Shown here piece after piece: positions 1-11,237 of a stretch of DNA of 64,000 nt. A program made the translations under genes and the position numbers. Below the pieces are notes generated by a model that ran no database searches, was not told the origin of the DNA, and saw only the letters and a list, made by a program, of their open reading frames with translations. Positions within the stretch are counted from its first letter, which is position 1. Every line of letters starts with the position of its first letter. Location of the stretch: the NCBI GenBank assembly GCA_004764695.1, contig SMSO01000036.1:1178001-1242000 (forward strand). The letters are read 5' to 3'. This DNA comes from Schizochytrium sp. TIO01 (taxonomy: Eukaryota; Protista; Bigyra: Labyrinthulomycetes).

Positions 1-3000
1 AAGTTTGTCATCAGGTGCTAGCGTGAGACATCACGAGGGAGGTTCTCATAATGAAATTGGTGAAAGCGACAACGAGGTCAGCGTACTAGGAGACAGGCAG
101 AATCCTCGAGCATCGACTAGTTTAAATAGTGACGATGCTATGTCGGTCTTCGAGGATGACAGCGATGATGATAACTCTGCTTCTCGAAAAAGGCCTTCAA
201 TTATATCTAACAAACAAAAGAGAGGAAGAAGTGCGAGGGACATTTTCGAAGATCTGCAAGAAACTCGTGTCAGTGAGCAAAGACGCAACACATCAACTGG
301 ACGAACTTCCTCTCGGAAGAACAATGGAGGGGGCAATGCATTTTCTCATGCAATGGGTGGTAGTAACTTGTCCGGATCAATTAGGCGTTTTTTTGCCCCG
401 CGAAAAAGTGCAAGTACTGGTTCTAGGCACCAATCCTCATTAAAGAACCCTAGACGTCAAGCATACTCTCATAGTGATGTTAATTTCTCGAGTGATGAAG
501 ATGACCCATCGTCATTGTATCCGCCGCAGCCGCTTCAGGAGGATGCTGCCACAAGGGCAATTCGCATCAGCGCTCTTGAATCTGTAGAACGGATTTTCAG
601 ACCGACTTCTGAACATGGACCAACCTATGACGAGGACGATATATTCGCATATATAAGCGAAGACGAGCGAGATAATACCAATTTTGATGCCGAAAGTAGA
701 TCACCGAAGGTTTATAGTTCATCTAAAAGCATTCACAACAGCGACGCACATACCTTACCCTATAGGGCAAACCGTCAACTTCCTGGGAAAAAATCTCAGT
801 TCCAGCCACAAGAACATCAGGAACCACGCGTCCGTGTGAGCACGTCACAGGTCAGTCACGTCGATCATCAAAGGCTGCTTGGTACCTCATCTCTATCTGG
901 TCTTGGCTCAAATAATTCATTGCATTCGAGGAAACGAAAGCTACCCTTGCCTCTTCATGCCTTTCAACAAAATGGATCTCGCCCCCCAAAAGTGAGAACT
1001 CACCAGGAATTCCAGAGGAATATTCTGCGCCGTGTTGAACAAGAGGTCAGCGATGCTTCCGACACCTTTAGCAACACGCAAACGGTTTCTTTACCTGATA
1101 TGCACTCACAAGCCACACCTACTGCAGATGATACTCCGCGTCGCGCCGCTCAATTTCAAGTTCATAATTTAGAAGAAGGCGCAAGTCAACTTCTTGCAGC
1201 TCGGCAAGACGCACGCACAATTCCATCATGGCTCACTTTTCACGAGACAGAGCCTGAAGATGTCCCGCATCTTATGCAAACCCTTGTTCAGCAAATCAAA
1301 GGTCATTCTGTTAATGAGAATGTGGTGCAAACTCTTACGTCTCAAGTTCATAGTGTAATCATCCGAACAGATGAGCTACGTTGGCCAAAACTCTCAGCTT
1401 GGGTTCGAGCAGCCCTGGGTCGTGCTGTTGTTCGCCCGTGGCATATCACTTTCTCATCGTCATTCCAATTTGTCTTCCTTGAACTTTTAGACCTCACAAA
1501 TAAAAAGGACGATATCTTGGCAGCAGGGCGAATCCTCTTGAGTGACATCGTGTCACTCTTTGTGAGGAAACGCGCACGTTTATCTGGAGCAGAACGTAGC
1601 CTTTTGGGACGTCTATATATCTCAATGGGCAGAACAGAATTCTGGACCTCTTTACGATTATTGCTATCATCAAGTTTGCTTCAGAGTGATGCAGCATTGG
1701 TTCCTGGTCCAGAGCGAATTCTTATCATGCTTCAGCCCAGTGACCATAAGCTTTGGAGGTCAATTGTCACAGATCAACATAGGAGGCGCCGTTCCGAGGG
1801 CTCGCGTTTGCGACCTGCCGAAGCCCTTGAGTATACAGAATTTGTGTGGAGCCTTCTTCTCAACTCAATTGGTAGTGAAAGCGCAACCAGTAATAACAGC
1901 CCAACACCGCGAAATGGGGCGAGTAGCCAACAAAACACCACCTCGGAACTTCATCCGGTATGGATGATCGTGGATGACCTTCTTAAGCTTTCGCCTTTGT
2001 TTGTGAATCCGAAGTCTCCACCTACTGCGACCTTGTACAATAAATGGAGAGGTGCTTTGCTATGGATGAACGCCCCCATACAAGTCCTGTCAGACTTTTG
2101 TGAGCTTCTTATCTCTCGCCTCGTGCTGGTCGCTACATGTGCACGAGGCCCTATCCCACATGGTTTTTTGACTCGCCTACTCCCGGTGCTGCAGCGGGTA
2201 GCAAATGATGATGATATTACTATGAGAGCAAATGACTACGATAGAAGTAGAGAGACAGAACCCGTGCTTTTATTTGAAGATCAAGATAAACGCTCGTTGC
2301 CATCTTTCTGTGAACTTTTAGTGAGGGAGATACAACAGGTCCAAGGAAATAGGCAACAACAAGATCGCTTGCTACTTCAGGTGTTGGGTGCTTTCCCAAG
2401 AACCCGTGCCGTTGAAGGTGGGTTTCAGGGTCTGGGTACTCCTTCAGCGTCAGCACCACCTTTAGCACAGTCCTGTAGAGCTCTTCGTAACTATGCTGCT
2501 GTGTTGGTAGTCTTAGGCACATCAGAATTAGGTCAAAAGAGTCGACACACAATAGAGAAAGTTGTTGAACAGCTCTTTATGCTGAAGAGCTGCTCCGATT
2601 GCTCATTGGCTGAACTCCTCATCCTTGCTGAAGCAACCTACGAGATAGCTGCTGTGAACAGTTCCTATCCCGAAGTTCTTCTCAACTGTGGCCAACATTT
2701 GGAACAGCTCATCAGTACGTGTGTCTCGCGATTTGCATTGAGGATTGATGCCCTCAGACGAGATGCTGATCTAGGTGATTACGAGCCAAATCGTGATGTA
2801 CATCAATGTGAGGAGCTTTTTGCTCTGACGGATATTTCAAAGACTTGTATTATTCGCCTCAAGACGCTTGTTCAAATCGAGGGGTACAACCAAGCAGAGG
2901 CTGCCCAGATGTGTGAGCGAATTCTTCGTTTGGTCTTGCACACAGGCCAAATTCAAGCCTTTGCTCCTGATGTGCTTTCATCGACTCTCGGCCTAGCAAC

Positions 3001-4417
3001 TGGTCTATTGAAAACCATTTCTTCAAGCATCCCAAAATTTGAATTTATCGAAGATCATGCACCTCTTCCACCTCCAGCACGTTTGCCATCTTCAAATGGA
3101 GCTATATCAAATCAGGCTCAAGGTGAACTTAGCCTCGACGATATTTTTGATTTCGTAAATGAGGACCTATTGATAGCCCAAAATCAAATTCGTAAACGAA
3201 CGGAGCTTATAAAGTCGCTCTGCAAATCTTACATCCGCCACCGAGATAGTGTTCAAGGGGATTATTCCCGGATGAAAAGCTTAACTGCAATTACTCGAGC
3301 TGTGGCACCGCATCTAAAAGCTCTAATTGGTGTAGCTTCAGGTTGGTTTTTAGGAAAAGACTTTTCAACTGAAGCTTTGAGGAAACTTTTCTCTGAGAAG
3401 GATTTCCGAAACAACAAACGTCTACGCAAGAAGACCCTCAAAGCTATGTGTAAGGCTGTAGGCACCTTTGCCGCACTTTCGGTTCGGTATGGGTCTAATC
3501 CTTCAATGGCTAAGCAAACACTTGATACAGTCGTAAAAGGAGGTTTGATGAATACTAAAGCATGGCGGGTTCACGCAGACATTGCTCACGTGCCTGCAAC
3601 AACCCTTACCTCTCTATTAGAGAGTTTGCAACACTATGGATGTCTTGATGGGTTTGTTGTGCAGCAATATGCTCCTAATTTTATCGAGTTGTGGACTTGT
3701 GCAGTTATGGAAGCAAACACAAGATGCCCTCAGATTAGCGAGCTACATCTTCTGTCAAGACGGATGACTACCTTTGGCATGCTATGGAGCAAGCAATCGG
3801 ATCCGATTGTTTCAACAAGCGGATTAGCCATAGAGATGCTTGCCGCAATTCAAGTTTTTTCATTAGCTGCAGTTCCACCAAACTTCGCACGCTTATATAT
3901 GGAATCATTAGCTCAGGGGCTTGCAATTTGGTGGCATGCGGTGAGGAAGACTGAAAATGGATTGCAGCAGGCTCGTCGATGCGCAAATGACGTTCTTCTT
4001 GCTGCAGCTCGTGCTGTAAAGCCTTCAGACATTACATCTGCATGCTTCTCAGCTTTCTTGGATGTCGCCCTTGAGCAGCATGACAATCAGGATGTTGTAG
4101 ATATTTTTAACATCCCAGATTTGCCAACATCAAAGAACAGTTTAGATCATATTATTAAGGAGCATATAAGGTTGGTCGGGGACCCGCATCAAGCTGTTGC
4201 TGTCCTTCGCCATGCCGCTGTAAATTATCGGAGGGATCTCTTTCATTACTTACTCACGCGGTTCTCGATCGATTACAAAAGGCAAGGTTCTCTTGAAGCA
4301 AGCATTCGTCGTGAACTGCTAAGTGTACCAAGAATTCAAAGAGAGTTGGCTCATCTTGTGGAAATTGGTAACCATGAGGCAGTAATCTCTCTTCAACGCG
4401 AACTTTCGGAAGCTTAA
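1..4417 (+). CDS. Large hypothetical protein, probably 5'-truncated by the window edge; disordered S/R/D-rich N-terminus and helical C-terminal two-thirds; possibly MMS22/Mus7-like
   Basis: 1470-codon ORF open from the window start (TTG start in the track). Segments EFVWSLL, HPVWMIVDDLL, SFCELL and ALRNYAAVL loosely recall the order of conserved blocks in fungal Mus7/MMS22. The coding call is firm; the family call is weak (~0.35). Confidence 0.8.
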   Translation, partial: SLSSGASVRHHEGGSHNEIGESDNEVSVLGDRQNPRASTSLNSDDAMSVFEDDSDDDNSASRKRPSIISNKQKRGRSARDIFEDLQETRVSEQRRNTSTGRTSSRKNNGGGNAFSHAMGGSNLSGSIRRFFAPRKSASTGSRHQSSLKNPRRQAYSHSDVNFSSDEDDPSSLYPPQPLQEDAATRAIRISALESVERIFRPTSEHGPTYDEDDIFAYISEDERDNTNFDAESRSPKVYSSSKSIHNSDAHTLPYRANRQLPGKKSQFQPQEHQEPRVRVSTSQVSHVDHQRLLGTSSLSGLGSNNSLHSRKRKLPLPLHAFQQNGSRPPKVRTHQEFQRNILRRVEQEVSDASDTFSNTQTVSLPDMHSQATPTADDTPRRAAQFQVHNLEEGASQLLAARQDARTIPSWLTFHETEPEDVPHLMQTLVQQIKGHSVNENVVQTLTSQVHSVIIRTDELRWPKLSAWVRAALGRAVVRPWHITFSSSFQFVFLELLDLTNKKDDILAAGRILLSDIVSLFVRKRARLSGAERSLLGRLYISMGRTEFWTSLRLLLSSSLLQSDAALVPGPERILIMLQPSDHKLWRSIVTDQHRRRRSEGSRLRPAEALEYTEFVWSLLLNSIGSESATSNNSPTPRNGASSQQNTTSELHPVWMIVDDLLKLSPLFVNPKSPPTATLYNKWRGALLWMNAPIQVLSDFCELLISRLVLVATCARGPIPHGFLTRLLPVLQRVANDDDITMRANDYDRSRETEPVLLFEDQDKRSLPSFCELLVREIQQVQGNRQQQDRLLLQVLGAFPRTRAVEGGFQGLGTPSASAPPLAQSCRALRNYAAVLVVLGTSELGQKSRHTIEKVVEQLFMLKSCSDCSLAELLILAEATYEIAAVNSSYPEVLLNCGQHLEQLISTCVSRFALRIDALRRDADLGDYEPNRDVHQCEELFALTDISKTCIIRLKTLVQIEGYNQAEAAQMCERILRLVLHTGQIQAFAPDVLSSTLGLATGLLKTISSSIPKFEFIEDHAPLPPPARLPSSNGAISNQAQGELSLDDIFDFVNEDLLIAQNQIRKRTELIKSLCKSYIRHRDSVQGDYSRMKSLTAITRAVAPHLKALIGVASGWFLGKDFSTEALRKLFSEKDFRNNKRLRKKTLKAMCKAVGTFAALSVRYGSNPSMAKQTLDTVVKGGLMNTKAWRVHADIAHVPATTLTSLLESLQHYGCLDGFVVQQYAPNFIELWTCAVMEANTRCPQISELHLLSRRMTTFGMLWSKQSDPIVSTSGLAIEMLAAIQVFSLAAVPPNFARLYMESLAQGLAIWWHAVRKTENGLQQARRCANDVLLAAARAVKPSDITSACFSAFLDVALEQHDNQDVVDIFNIPDLPTSKNSLDHIIKEHIRLVGDPHQAVAVLRHAAVNYRRDLFHYLLTRFSIDYKRQGSLEASIRRELLSVPRIQRELAHLVEIGNHEAVISLQRELSEA

Positions 4418-5532
4418 TTTGTGCCCTATCTCTCGATTTAGGACATTTTATGTAAGAAGCATTTTCTTGGTTCCTTCATTTCCTTCTTTGTAGCCTATTT
4501 TCGAAAATATTTAATATCTACAACGCTTTGCACATCCTTGTAGCATTCAGAATTTCAAATATCTTCATTATCAAAAATAAGGTGATGAAGATGAGGTTAT
4601 TGAATCAGTGAAGATTGCAAAACATGACTTGCCTAGATTCTGGACATCAAATTCTATTTCCCCCGTGAAATATTCGAATATTCAAGTTTTAAAATAAAGA
4701 ACTCTTCTAAATGTAAAAATTCAGTTGAATAGGAAGAAAAAGGCTCGACAGCAGTACTAATAGAGGTGGATCTATCTATGATTGGCGTAAACTTTTAAGT
4801 TCTCTTAATTCCCATCATTTGGCGATCATGAAGTTCGCACAAGATCGTATTTTTGTTTTTTCATAGCTAGACTAAAAAACTCTGGTAGAAACGCCACTAA
4901 ACAACAACCTCAATAAAGCATATAACTCAGTTACTCACAACCGTTGCTGACGTTTCATTTTATTCTGGAGGAGCTCTCTAAATCAACAATATTTGATAAA
5001 TTCAGAAAGGCTTCAGCTTGATGGAAAACTTCTTTGGACACTTAATGTAGGTAGGTAGGTAATACGTATAGTACTATTGTTTCAACACGAACACTCACGA
5101 TTCATGTTCTAGATGTTCCGAATAATCTGCATTTATATTTGTTCTTTGATCCTTTAATCATCCAAATAGATGCAAGTTCAAGTTGTTCTTCGTTCGACAG
5201 AACCTAATCCTCGCTGGAGCTCTGTGCTCTTGCAACGAAGGCTCGCGGTAAGCGAAGACCTTTGGGCGGTGCATGCGAGATATCCGAGGTTTATCACGAA
5301 GAAGGAGTCTTCGCTCTTGTGAAGCTTGCAGATCCACCATTGAGCCGTCAGGGGCTCTGAGGAGTTCGGGCATATTTAGTCTACATTGATAAGAACAATA
5401 GCCCGCAACAATAACAAACAACAACAGCATTGAAGATCTACGCAAGACCAACATCACGAATACTCCAAACCTCAGGCTCACAAGGCATAAGCACGAATAC
5501 TGCGTATTGCGAGGACACCGGAAAGAAGTGAA

Positions 5533-8500
5533 ATGTCAACCGACGGGACTGTGTCCGAAGAGGTGCGCCGGCAGCACTTGGCCATACTCTTTCGAAATCT
5601 TGACAATGAATTGAGCTCGCCAGACCCCTCAATTCCAGACACCACCATCGAACTGGTTGTCTCAGGTCAGCATGGTGGACGTTGGCTTGTCATTACGCAA
5701 GGGGGCTCAGGATGCGTGCGGGAAGGCGCACAAAGCGTTGATGCAGATGCTGATGTCCAGTGCAGGATTGAAACCGATATGCGGACGGTTGCTAAGCTTG
5801 CAAATGGAGATATGAAGCCTGCGATGGCTTTGCTTCGAGGCAAAGTTCGCTACTCTGGCACATACACTGTATTCCGCAATCTGCAACAACCCTTTCGTCG
5901 TGCTGCACAGCGAACAATGGTAGAAATTGGCCCTGAAAACATTGGTAGTCACATCTCTAAACTGAGCCAAGGCAGTTCGACAGCAGCTGGCCAACAGGAG
6001 TGGAGTCAAATCACGTTCATTTTGGATTCTAGTCATCCAGAATGGGAGAACAACGCCGATCGATGCAAACTTTGTCTCGCCCGATTTACCTTTTGGACAC
6101 GCCAGCATCACTGCCGCCGGTGTGGATCTGCGATATGCTCCAACTGTTCGAACCACCAATTAAAGGGGCATCGTGTGTGCACAGCCTGTTGGCAGGACCA
6201 TATTCACGAGGTGCGTCCTTCTGGTACACGCTCAGAGGCAGGTAGCGTGGCTACTCCTACAGCCCCTCCTGCATCCAAAGAGAATAAACCATTTATGCTT
6301 CCCTATCAATATTTAATTGAGCATATTCGTAACATTCAGTCTCGTCCAATTGGTGCCATGGTGGAGTCATCTGCGATGTCTATTCTTCAAACCTCGAGAA
6401 CTTTGCTGTTGAGGATTCGTTCGCTAGAGGAAACAGTGCGTGGGCAAGCGGAACGTAGCCTCACAACTAGGTTTTGGCGTATTGTGAATGCCTCGATCCC
6501 GCAAGTAATGCTTACTGGGGTTCTCACATTAGCCTGGGCTACGACCTTGTGGGGTTTGCAACAGCCAAGCGCTGGACGCGGAATCTGCTCCCTTGCGCTA
6601 CTATCGTTGTATTGGAACCGCCCTGTTGTGCAGGCAGCGAGCTTGGGGCTTGCTTCGTGGGCTCTGCAACATCCTATCATGCCTCTCGTGACGGCCACCA
6701 CTCCGTGGACCTCCTACATCGTCACCATTGCTTGCTCTCGCCCTTTGCTGTTCACGTCACTAATGTCGATCACTCTCATCTCGAACATGTTAAGTTACTT
6801 TTTTGGTAGACTCTTCAGAATTTACTCTACAGCAGCAGTCATTATTATCAGCTACTACTCAACCTATCTTGTTTGCATGAGGGCAATGGGTATGAGTGCA
6901 ACTGCAAGCACCAAGGTATTCGAAAGTCTTGATACAGTGATGGCCCCATATGCTTGCAACGAAATCCTCTCTTTGCGAAGTGTTTTTGTTAAGTTTGGTC
7001 AATATATTGGTAGCCGCGCTGATATCATACCTCCAAAATGGGCTCTGGTACTTGCCAAATTGCAAGATGATTTACCAGCCGATGACCCTAAGTATGTGGA
7101 GAAATGCATCGAGGAACAATTTGGATTCAAGATTGATAAACTCTTTGAGTCATTTGATCTCACGCCTCTTGCAAGTGCTAGTGTTGCTCAAGTTCACCGT
7201 GCAAAGATTAAGCCTAACGTTTGCCCTACGGGTCGGATCGGCCCAGATGGAAAAATCGAATATATCAAAGAGGCTCTTGATGTTGCGGTGAAAGTGCAGC
7301 ACCAAGGCATCGAGGCTATTATGCGATCTGACGTTGTTGCCTTCGGACGAATTGTCTCATTCATTGCTTGGTTAAACCCTCGATTCGAGATTGCTGTGAC
7401 TCTTCTGCGAGCTTGGGAAAAGGAGATGCTCAAGGAACTAGACTTCCGAGTAGAGGCAGAAAATCTACGAAATGTACGCGCTAACTTGCGTCAGGCAGGT
7501 CTTCTAGCAGACAATGACTATGATTATCTTGACAAGCGATGTGTTGGCAGCCATGTTCTCGTACCCCGCCCAATTTATGGATTCATCAGCAAAAGGGCCT
7601 TTTGTATGACTTTTATTCACGGTTTCAAAATTACGGATCTTGAGCAGCTTTCTCTCTTTGGTGTTGACCGCTCAGCCCTTGTCAAAAGGGTTGTTCAGGC
7701 GTACGGGTGCATGATTTTTGTGGATGGCCTAACCAGTGCAGACCCTCATCCGGGAAACCTTATGGTTATGATATCAGACAATGGAACAGCTCGCCCTATC
7801 TTGTTGGATTTTGGCATGGTTGTGACCCTAGAGCCGAAACAACGCCTTGGTTATTGCAAGTTAGTAAATTCCATTGCGAACATCAGTGTATCCGGTTTAA
7901 GCGATGCTGTGGCGCAAGTAGGTTACAAGAACTCTCAATCTGATGCACATCCGGAGCGAGACCTTGAATTTTTCGCACACCTCCTTCGTGATACTGGGGA
8001 TCGAAAATCTCAGCGCCAGTCGCAAGCGGAGTTCCGCAAACGCCGGAAAGCGCAACGTACTGCTGACTTAGAGCAAGATCCTAGTAAGCAAGGTAGGTTT
8101 TTTGCTAACTTCCCAGATTCTCTAATTTTTCTTTTTCGAGTATTAGGCCTTATCCGTGGTCTCTGCACAACGCTGGATGCACCGATCAGCTACCTTGATA
8201 TCATGGGTGATTATGCCAAGCTTGGACTTTTGCATGATGCCCTGGAGGAAGCTGCTTCGTCGGAAAGAAAACGCTCTGTGAAGTCTGAACTTGGCAGTAC
8301 CCGGCCCACCAAGGGGCTTACAACACGCGAAATTACCCTCGAAAAAAAGGTTCAACACTTATTGAGGGAAACACAACAAGCTGCATGGCAAGACCTTGTA
8401 GAAACACGCGATCCTAGTCTAGGATCCGGCGAAGAAGGCTTTGTTGTTGATGGTTTTCTGGGTGCTCAGGTTTGCGTCATGTCAAGCAACAGAGTTATTG

Positions 8501-9990
8501 TTAATGCTTTCACAGGAGTAGAAGCAGAATTGAGTCCTGTATGTGTTGACAGCGAAACATTATTTCCGTTGATGGACATTACTCGTGCTTTGCCTGTTGT
8601 GGCTGTGCTGCGCCTAGTTGAGGAGGGAAGGATCTCTCTTGCCGACAAAATCTCTGAACACTGGACATCTTTTGTCGACAAACATCTTACACTTGGTGAA
8701 GTTTTATCTTATTCTCCAAAAATAAATGACTCCATGGTGCCGGCCACAAAACCGGCAAATGCCTTAGCAAACTACGAGGCTGTAAAACAAAGCCTGGAAT
8801 CCACTTCCAAGCTTTTGTCATCTGCCTCTTCGTCAAAGAAGATTGCCGACCCTCTGCAATCGCAATATTCAGTTTTCACCTTTGGGTTCATTCTCACAGG
8901 TCTCTTGGAGGCTGTTCTGTCTGCACCAATAAAACAAATCATAGAAGAAGAACTACTAAACGTTCACAAACTGAGTGGTGAAGCGATTTATTTATCTGCT
9001 TCACAGGCACCTGTGAACTCTCGCTTTGCACAAACTAGTAATGGATTCGCTAAGTTTGTTCGCACCCTTGCAATGGGTGGAGCAGGTTCTAGCATCGCAG
9101 CGGGGATGATGAACCCTGGAATCTCACCATCTGCAACTAGCGAAACAACGGGCCCTGAGATGCTCAGTAAGACACGCTCTTCATCTTCATTGATCTCGAC
9201 ATCTTCGCGCATTGAGTTAACATCTAGTGAAGTCCCCACGTCTCCTGCTCGTAGCCAAAGCTCTCGTACACTGAGAGCTGGATTTACTTCACCGGAACCT
9301 GCAAAAACATCTTCTTTATCAAAAGTTGAACAAGAACCAACTAAGCTACCTTACACGCGCGTGAGTGTGGAGCTAAATGGTGAGTCTGAAGAGACTTTAC
9401 CTCGTAGCTCAACAAATGTAAAGTATAAAGAGACGGCTCCCCAAGATTCTGACACCGAAAGTGACGATGAGGAGGTTTCTGATGAAGATATTAAAGATGA
9501 TGAAGATCAAGGCGGTGGACTTTTGCCACCTGGTGTTAAGCTCCCTAGCGGCGTCATGTTGGACCCGTGTTGTGTAAACTCTGAATCACTTCGCAAAGGA
9601 ATCGTTCCTTCTTTTGGCGGGTTTGCAACTGCTAAAGGCGCTGCAAGTCTCTTGGACTCGTTTTTCAGCCGTGTTCTATCCAAACCCGCAGCAAAGAGGT
9701 TGCTTTATTCGGCTGTTCGTTCGGAGTCAAATCAGCTCTTCGGACACATGGCTTGGTCTCATGGTTTCCAGGTTTGTGAAATGCCGGACACTCGCTTGAC
9801 AGTACTTGTAATGCACGCTTTTGGTGGTAGCATGATCATTGCTGTTCCCGAGCGCAGAGTTGCCATTAGTATAATGGTTAACTGCCTCACTTTAGACCGG
9901 GCTACAACAAGAGAAATTCTCGCTCTTATTTGCAAGGAACTGAATTTAACAAATGCAGGAGTCGACCAATTGTTTCGCGGCATGTTCTAG
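5533..9990 (+). CDS. Multidomain protein: SCP2 sterol-carrier domain + FYVE zinc finger + hydrophobic TM region + ABC1/UbiB atypical kinase + beta-lactamase-fold domain
   Basis: SCP2-like ETDMRTVAKLANGDMKPAMALLRGKVRYSG. FYVE WENNADRCKLC...RQHHCRRCGSAICSNCS...RVCTAC. ABC1 motifs KFGQ, LASASVAQVHRA, VAVKVQH, ELDFRVEAEN, ADPHPGN, LLDFG. Beta-lactamase-like GAQVCV...LFPLMDITR...LVEEGRISL...HAFGGS. Confidence 0.92.
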   Translation: MSTDGTVSEEVRRQHLAILFRNLDNELSSPDPSIPDTTIELVVSGQHGGRWLVITQGGSGCVREGAQSVDADADVQCRIETDMRTVAKLANGDMKPAMALLRGKVRYSGTYTVFRNLQQPFRRAAQRTMVEIGPENIGSHISKLSQGSSTAAGQQEWSQITFILDSSHPEWENNADRCKLCLARFTFWTRQHHCRRCGSAICSNCSNHQLKGHRVCTACWQDHIHEVRPSGTRSEAGSVATPTAPPASKENKPFMLPYQYLIEHIRNIQSRPIGAMVESSAMSILQTSRTLLLRIRSLEETVRGQAERSLTTRFWRIVNASIPQVMLTGVLTLAWATTLWGLQQPSAGRGICSLALLSLYWNRPVVQAASLGLASWALQHPIMPLVTATTPWTSYIVTIACSRPLLFTSLMSITLISNMLSYFFGRLFRIYSTAAVIIISYYSTYLVCMRAMGMSATASTKVFESLDTVMAPYACNEILSLRSVFVKFGQYIGSRADIIPPKWALVLAKLQDDLPADDPKYVEKCIEEQFGFKIDKLFESFDLTPLASASVAQVHRAKIKPNVCPTGRIGPDGKIEYIKEALDVAVKVQHQGIEAIMRSDVVAFGRIVSFIAWLNPRFEIAVTLLRAWEKEMLKELDFRVEAENLRNVRANLRQAGLLADNDYDYLDKRCVGSHVLVPRPIYGFISKRAFCMTFIHGFKITDLEQLSLFGVDRSALVKRVVQAYGCMIFVDGLTSADPHPGNLMVMISDNGTARPILLDFGMVVTLEPKQRLGYCKLVNSIANISVSGLSDAVAQVGYKNSQSDAHPERDLEFFAHLLRDTGDRKSQRQSQAEFRKRRKAQRTADLEQDPSKQGRFFANFPDSLIFLFRVLGLIRGLCTTLDAPISYLDIMGDYAKLGLLHDALEEAASSERKRSVKSELGSTRPTKGLTTREITLEKKVQHLLRETQQAAWQDLVETRDPSLGSGEEGFVVDGFLGAQVCVMSSNRVIVNAFTGVEAELSPVCVDSETLFPLMDITRALPVVAVLRLVEEGRISLADKISEHWTSFVDKHLTLGEVLSYSPKINDSMVPATKPANALANYEAVKQSLESTSKLLSSASSSKKIADPLQSQYSVFTFGFILTGLLEAVLSAPIKQIIEEELLNVHKLSGEAIYLSASQAPVNSRFAQTSNGFAKFVRTLAMGGAGSSIAAGMMNPGISPSATSETTGPEMLSKTRSSSSLISTSSRIELTSSEVPTSPARSQSSRTLRAGFTSPEPAKTSSLSKVEQEPTKLPYTRVSVELNGESEETLPRSSTNVKYKETAPQDSDTESDDEEVSDEDIKDDEDQGGGLLPPGVKLPSGVMLDPCCVNSESLRKGIVPSFGGFATAKGAASLLDSFFSRVLSKPAAKRLLYSAVRSESNQLFGHMAWSHGFQVCEMPDTRLTVLVMHAFGGSMIIAVPERRVAISIMVNCLTLDRATTREILALICKELNLTNAGVDQLFRGMF

Positions 9991-10032
9991 TTAGGATTAG
10001 TTCATTACTTCAATAGCCAGGAACTAATCACT

Positions 10033-10561
10033 AATAATAGAATGGGCGAGGCCCACTCGTCTGAAGTGCTTTAAAATTAAGATAAAGATAAGTATTGCGT
10101 ATGCGAGCCTAATAACTTAAAGAGAATTCTATAATTAATTAAGTACTGCATATGTATTGAGAAATAAGTAGTTAGGTAGTATATAGGGTATTGGCGAGAC
10201 TCGATACTTAGAACCCGCAATCACCTTGCAAAAGCATGCAAATAAATTCCTTGGAATACTTATTTCTAAGGTGTATTATCTCGAAGGGCCAAAAAAACTT
10301 GGAAAAGAATAGGTGATTATCTATGGGATGTAGTATTGAAAGAACTAGGTGGGGTGAGTTTTGGAATGCAAAGTCTGTTCAGAAAGTTTGATGGTAGAAG
10401 AGCCAAAATAACAGAACAGGGTGTAATAGACCATTTTTTTTTCTATGCTGCTTCGAAGGTAGAGCTCATTATCTGTTTTATGCCCATCTATAGACTTCAG
10501 AAGTATTTGTCATGTACGTATAAATTAGCAAAGTATACAAGAAGTCTAAGCATTTCAGATA
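10033..10561 (-). mobile_element. Non-autonomous Helitron2/Helentron-like element (HINE), copy A
   Basis: On the minus strand it begins TATCTGAAATGCTTAGACTTC at 10561 (subTIR plus partial IR). The other end has the inverted subTIR (TCTGAAGTGCTT on + at 10060-10071) next to a GC hairpin GAATGGGC-GAG-GCCCACTC (10040-10058). Same layout as copies B and C; exact 3' end uncertain. Confidence 0.55.
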
Positions 10562-10738
10562 CACTTTACTCTGGTCAACAACTCACTATGTAGACTAGAC
10601 CGGTTGGTTGTGTTGCTAGAGTTTAAAGTATATAGGTCCTATCGTCGATCCCAAGAAAAGTTTAAAAGTCGGTAAATTTTACCCCTCTCATATATTGCTA
10701 GATAGTTTCTCCGTAGATGTTATTTTTACTCAAAGATT

Positions 10739-11050
10739 CTAGCAATCAAGTTCTTCAAAGCACACTTCGGATAAACTCTTGCTCCTTCTGCTAATTGATT
10801 TGTTTCTTTGTTCATTTTCAAATTTCACTACCTCTACCGAGTGTTCGGGATCTAGCAAGAACTTATTGAATTTCTCTCCAAAGAGCATCTGCCTTGCTCT
10901 CGACGTCATATGATCGGCATTGACTTCGGTGTCATTTATTGACATCTGATTGAGGAATTAGTCTGGAGATAGGTTCTTGTCGAGCTCCATTCCGAACTTG
11001 TTGAGACGATTGATCTGCTCCACGGCCTTCCTAATTTTTCTTCCTGGGTT
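10739..11050 (-). pseudogene. Decayed ORF fragment of unknown identity
   Basis: Frame reads ...KIRKAVEQINRLNKFGMELDKNLSPD*FLNQMSINDTEVNADHMTSRARQMLFGEKF...; protein-like composition with one internal TAA. Confidence 0.35.
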
Positions 11051-11237
11051 GTGTTACTTTTAATTAAATATTTTGAATATGATAAAGGATTAAGTTTAAG
11101 AAGAACAGTATCAATGACATATAATTTAACTTCTGTCTCACTAGGGAATGCTGTTTTAAAGTGCTGTAGGTATGTTAACCTCACTATATTTTCTACCAAC
11201 ACGATCTCCATAGTTTTACTTAAGAAAATTAATGGTT

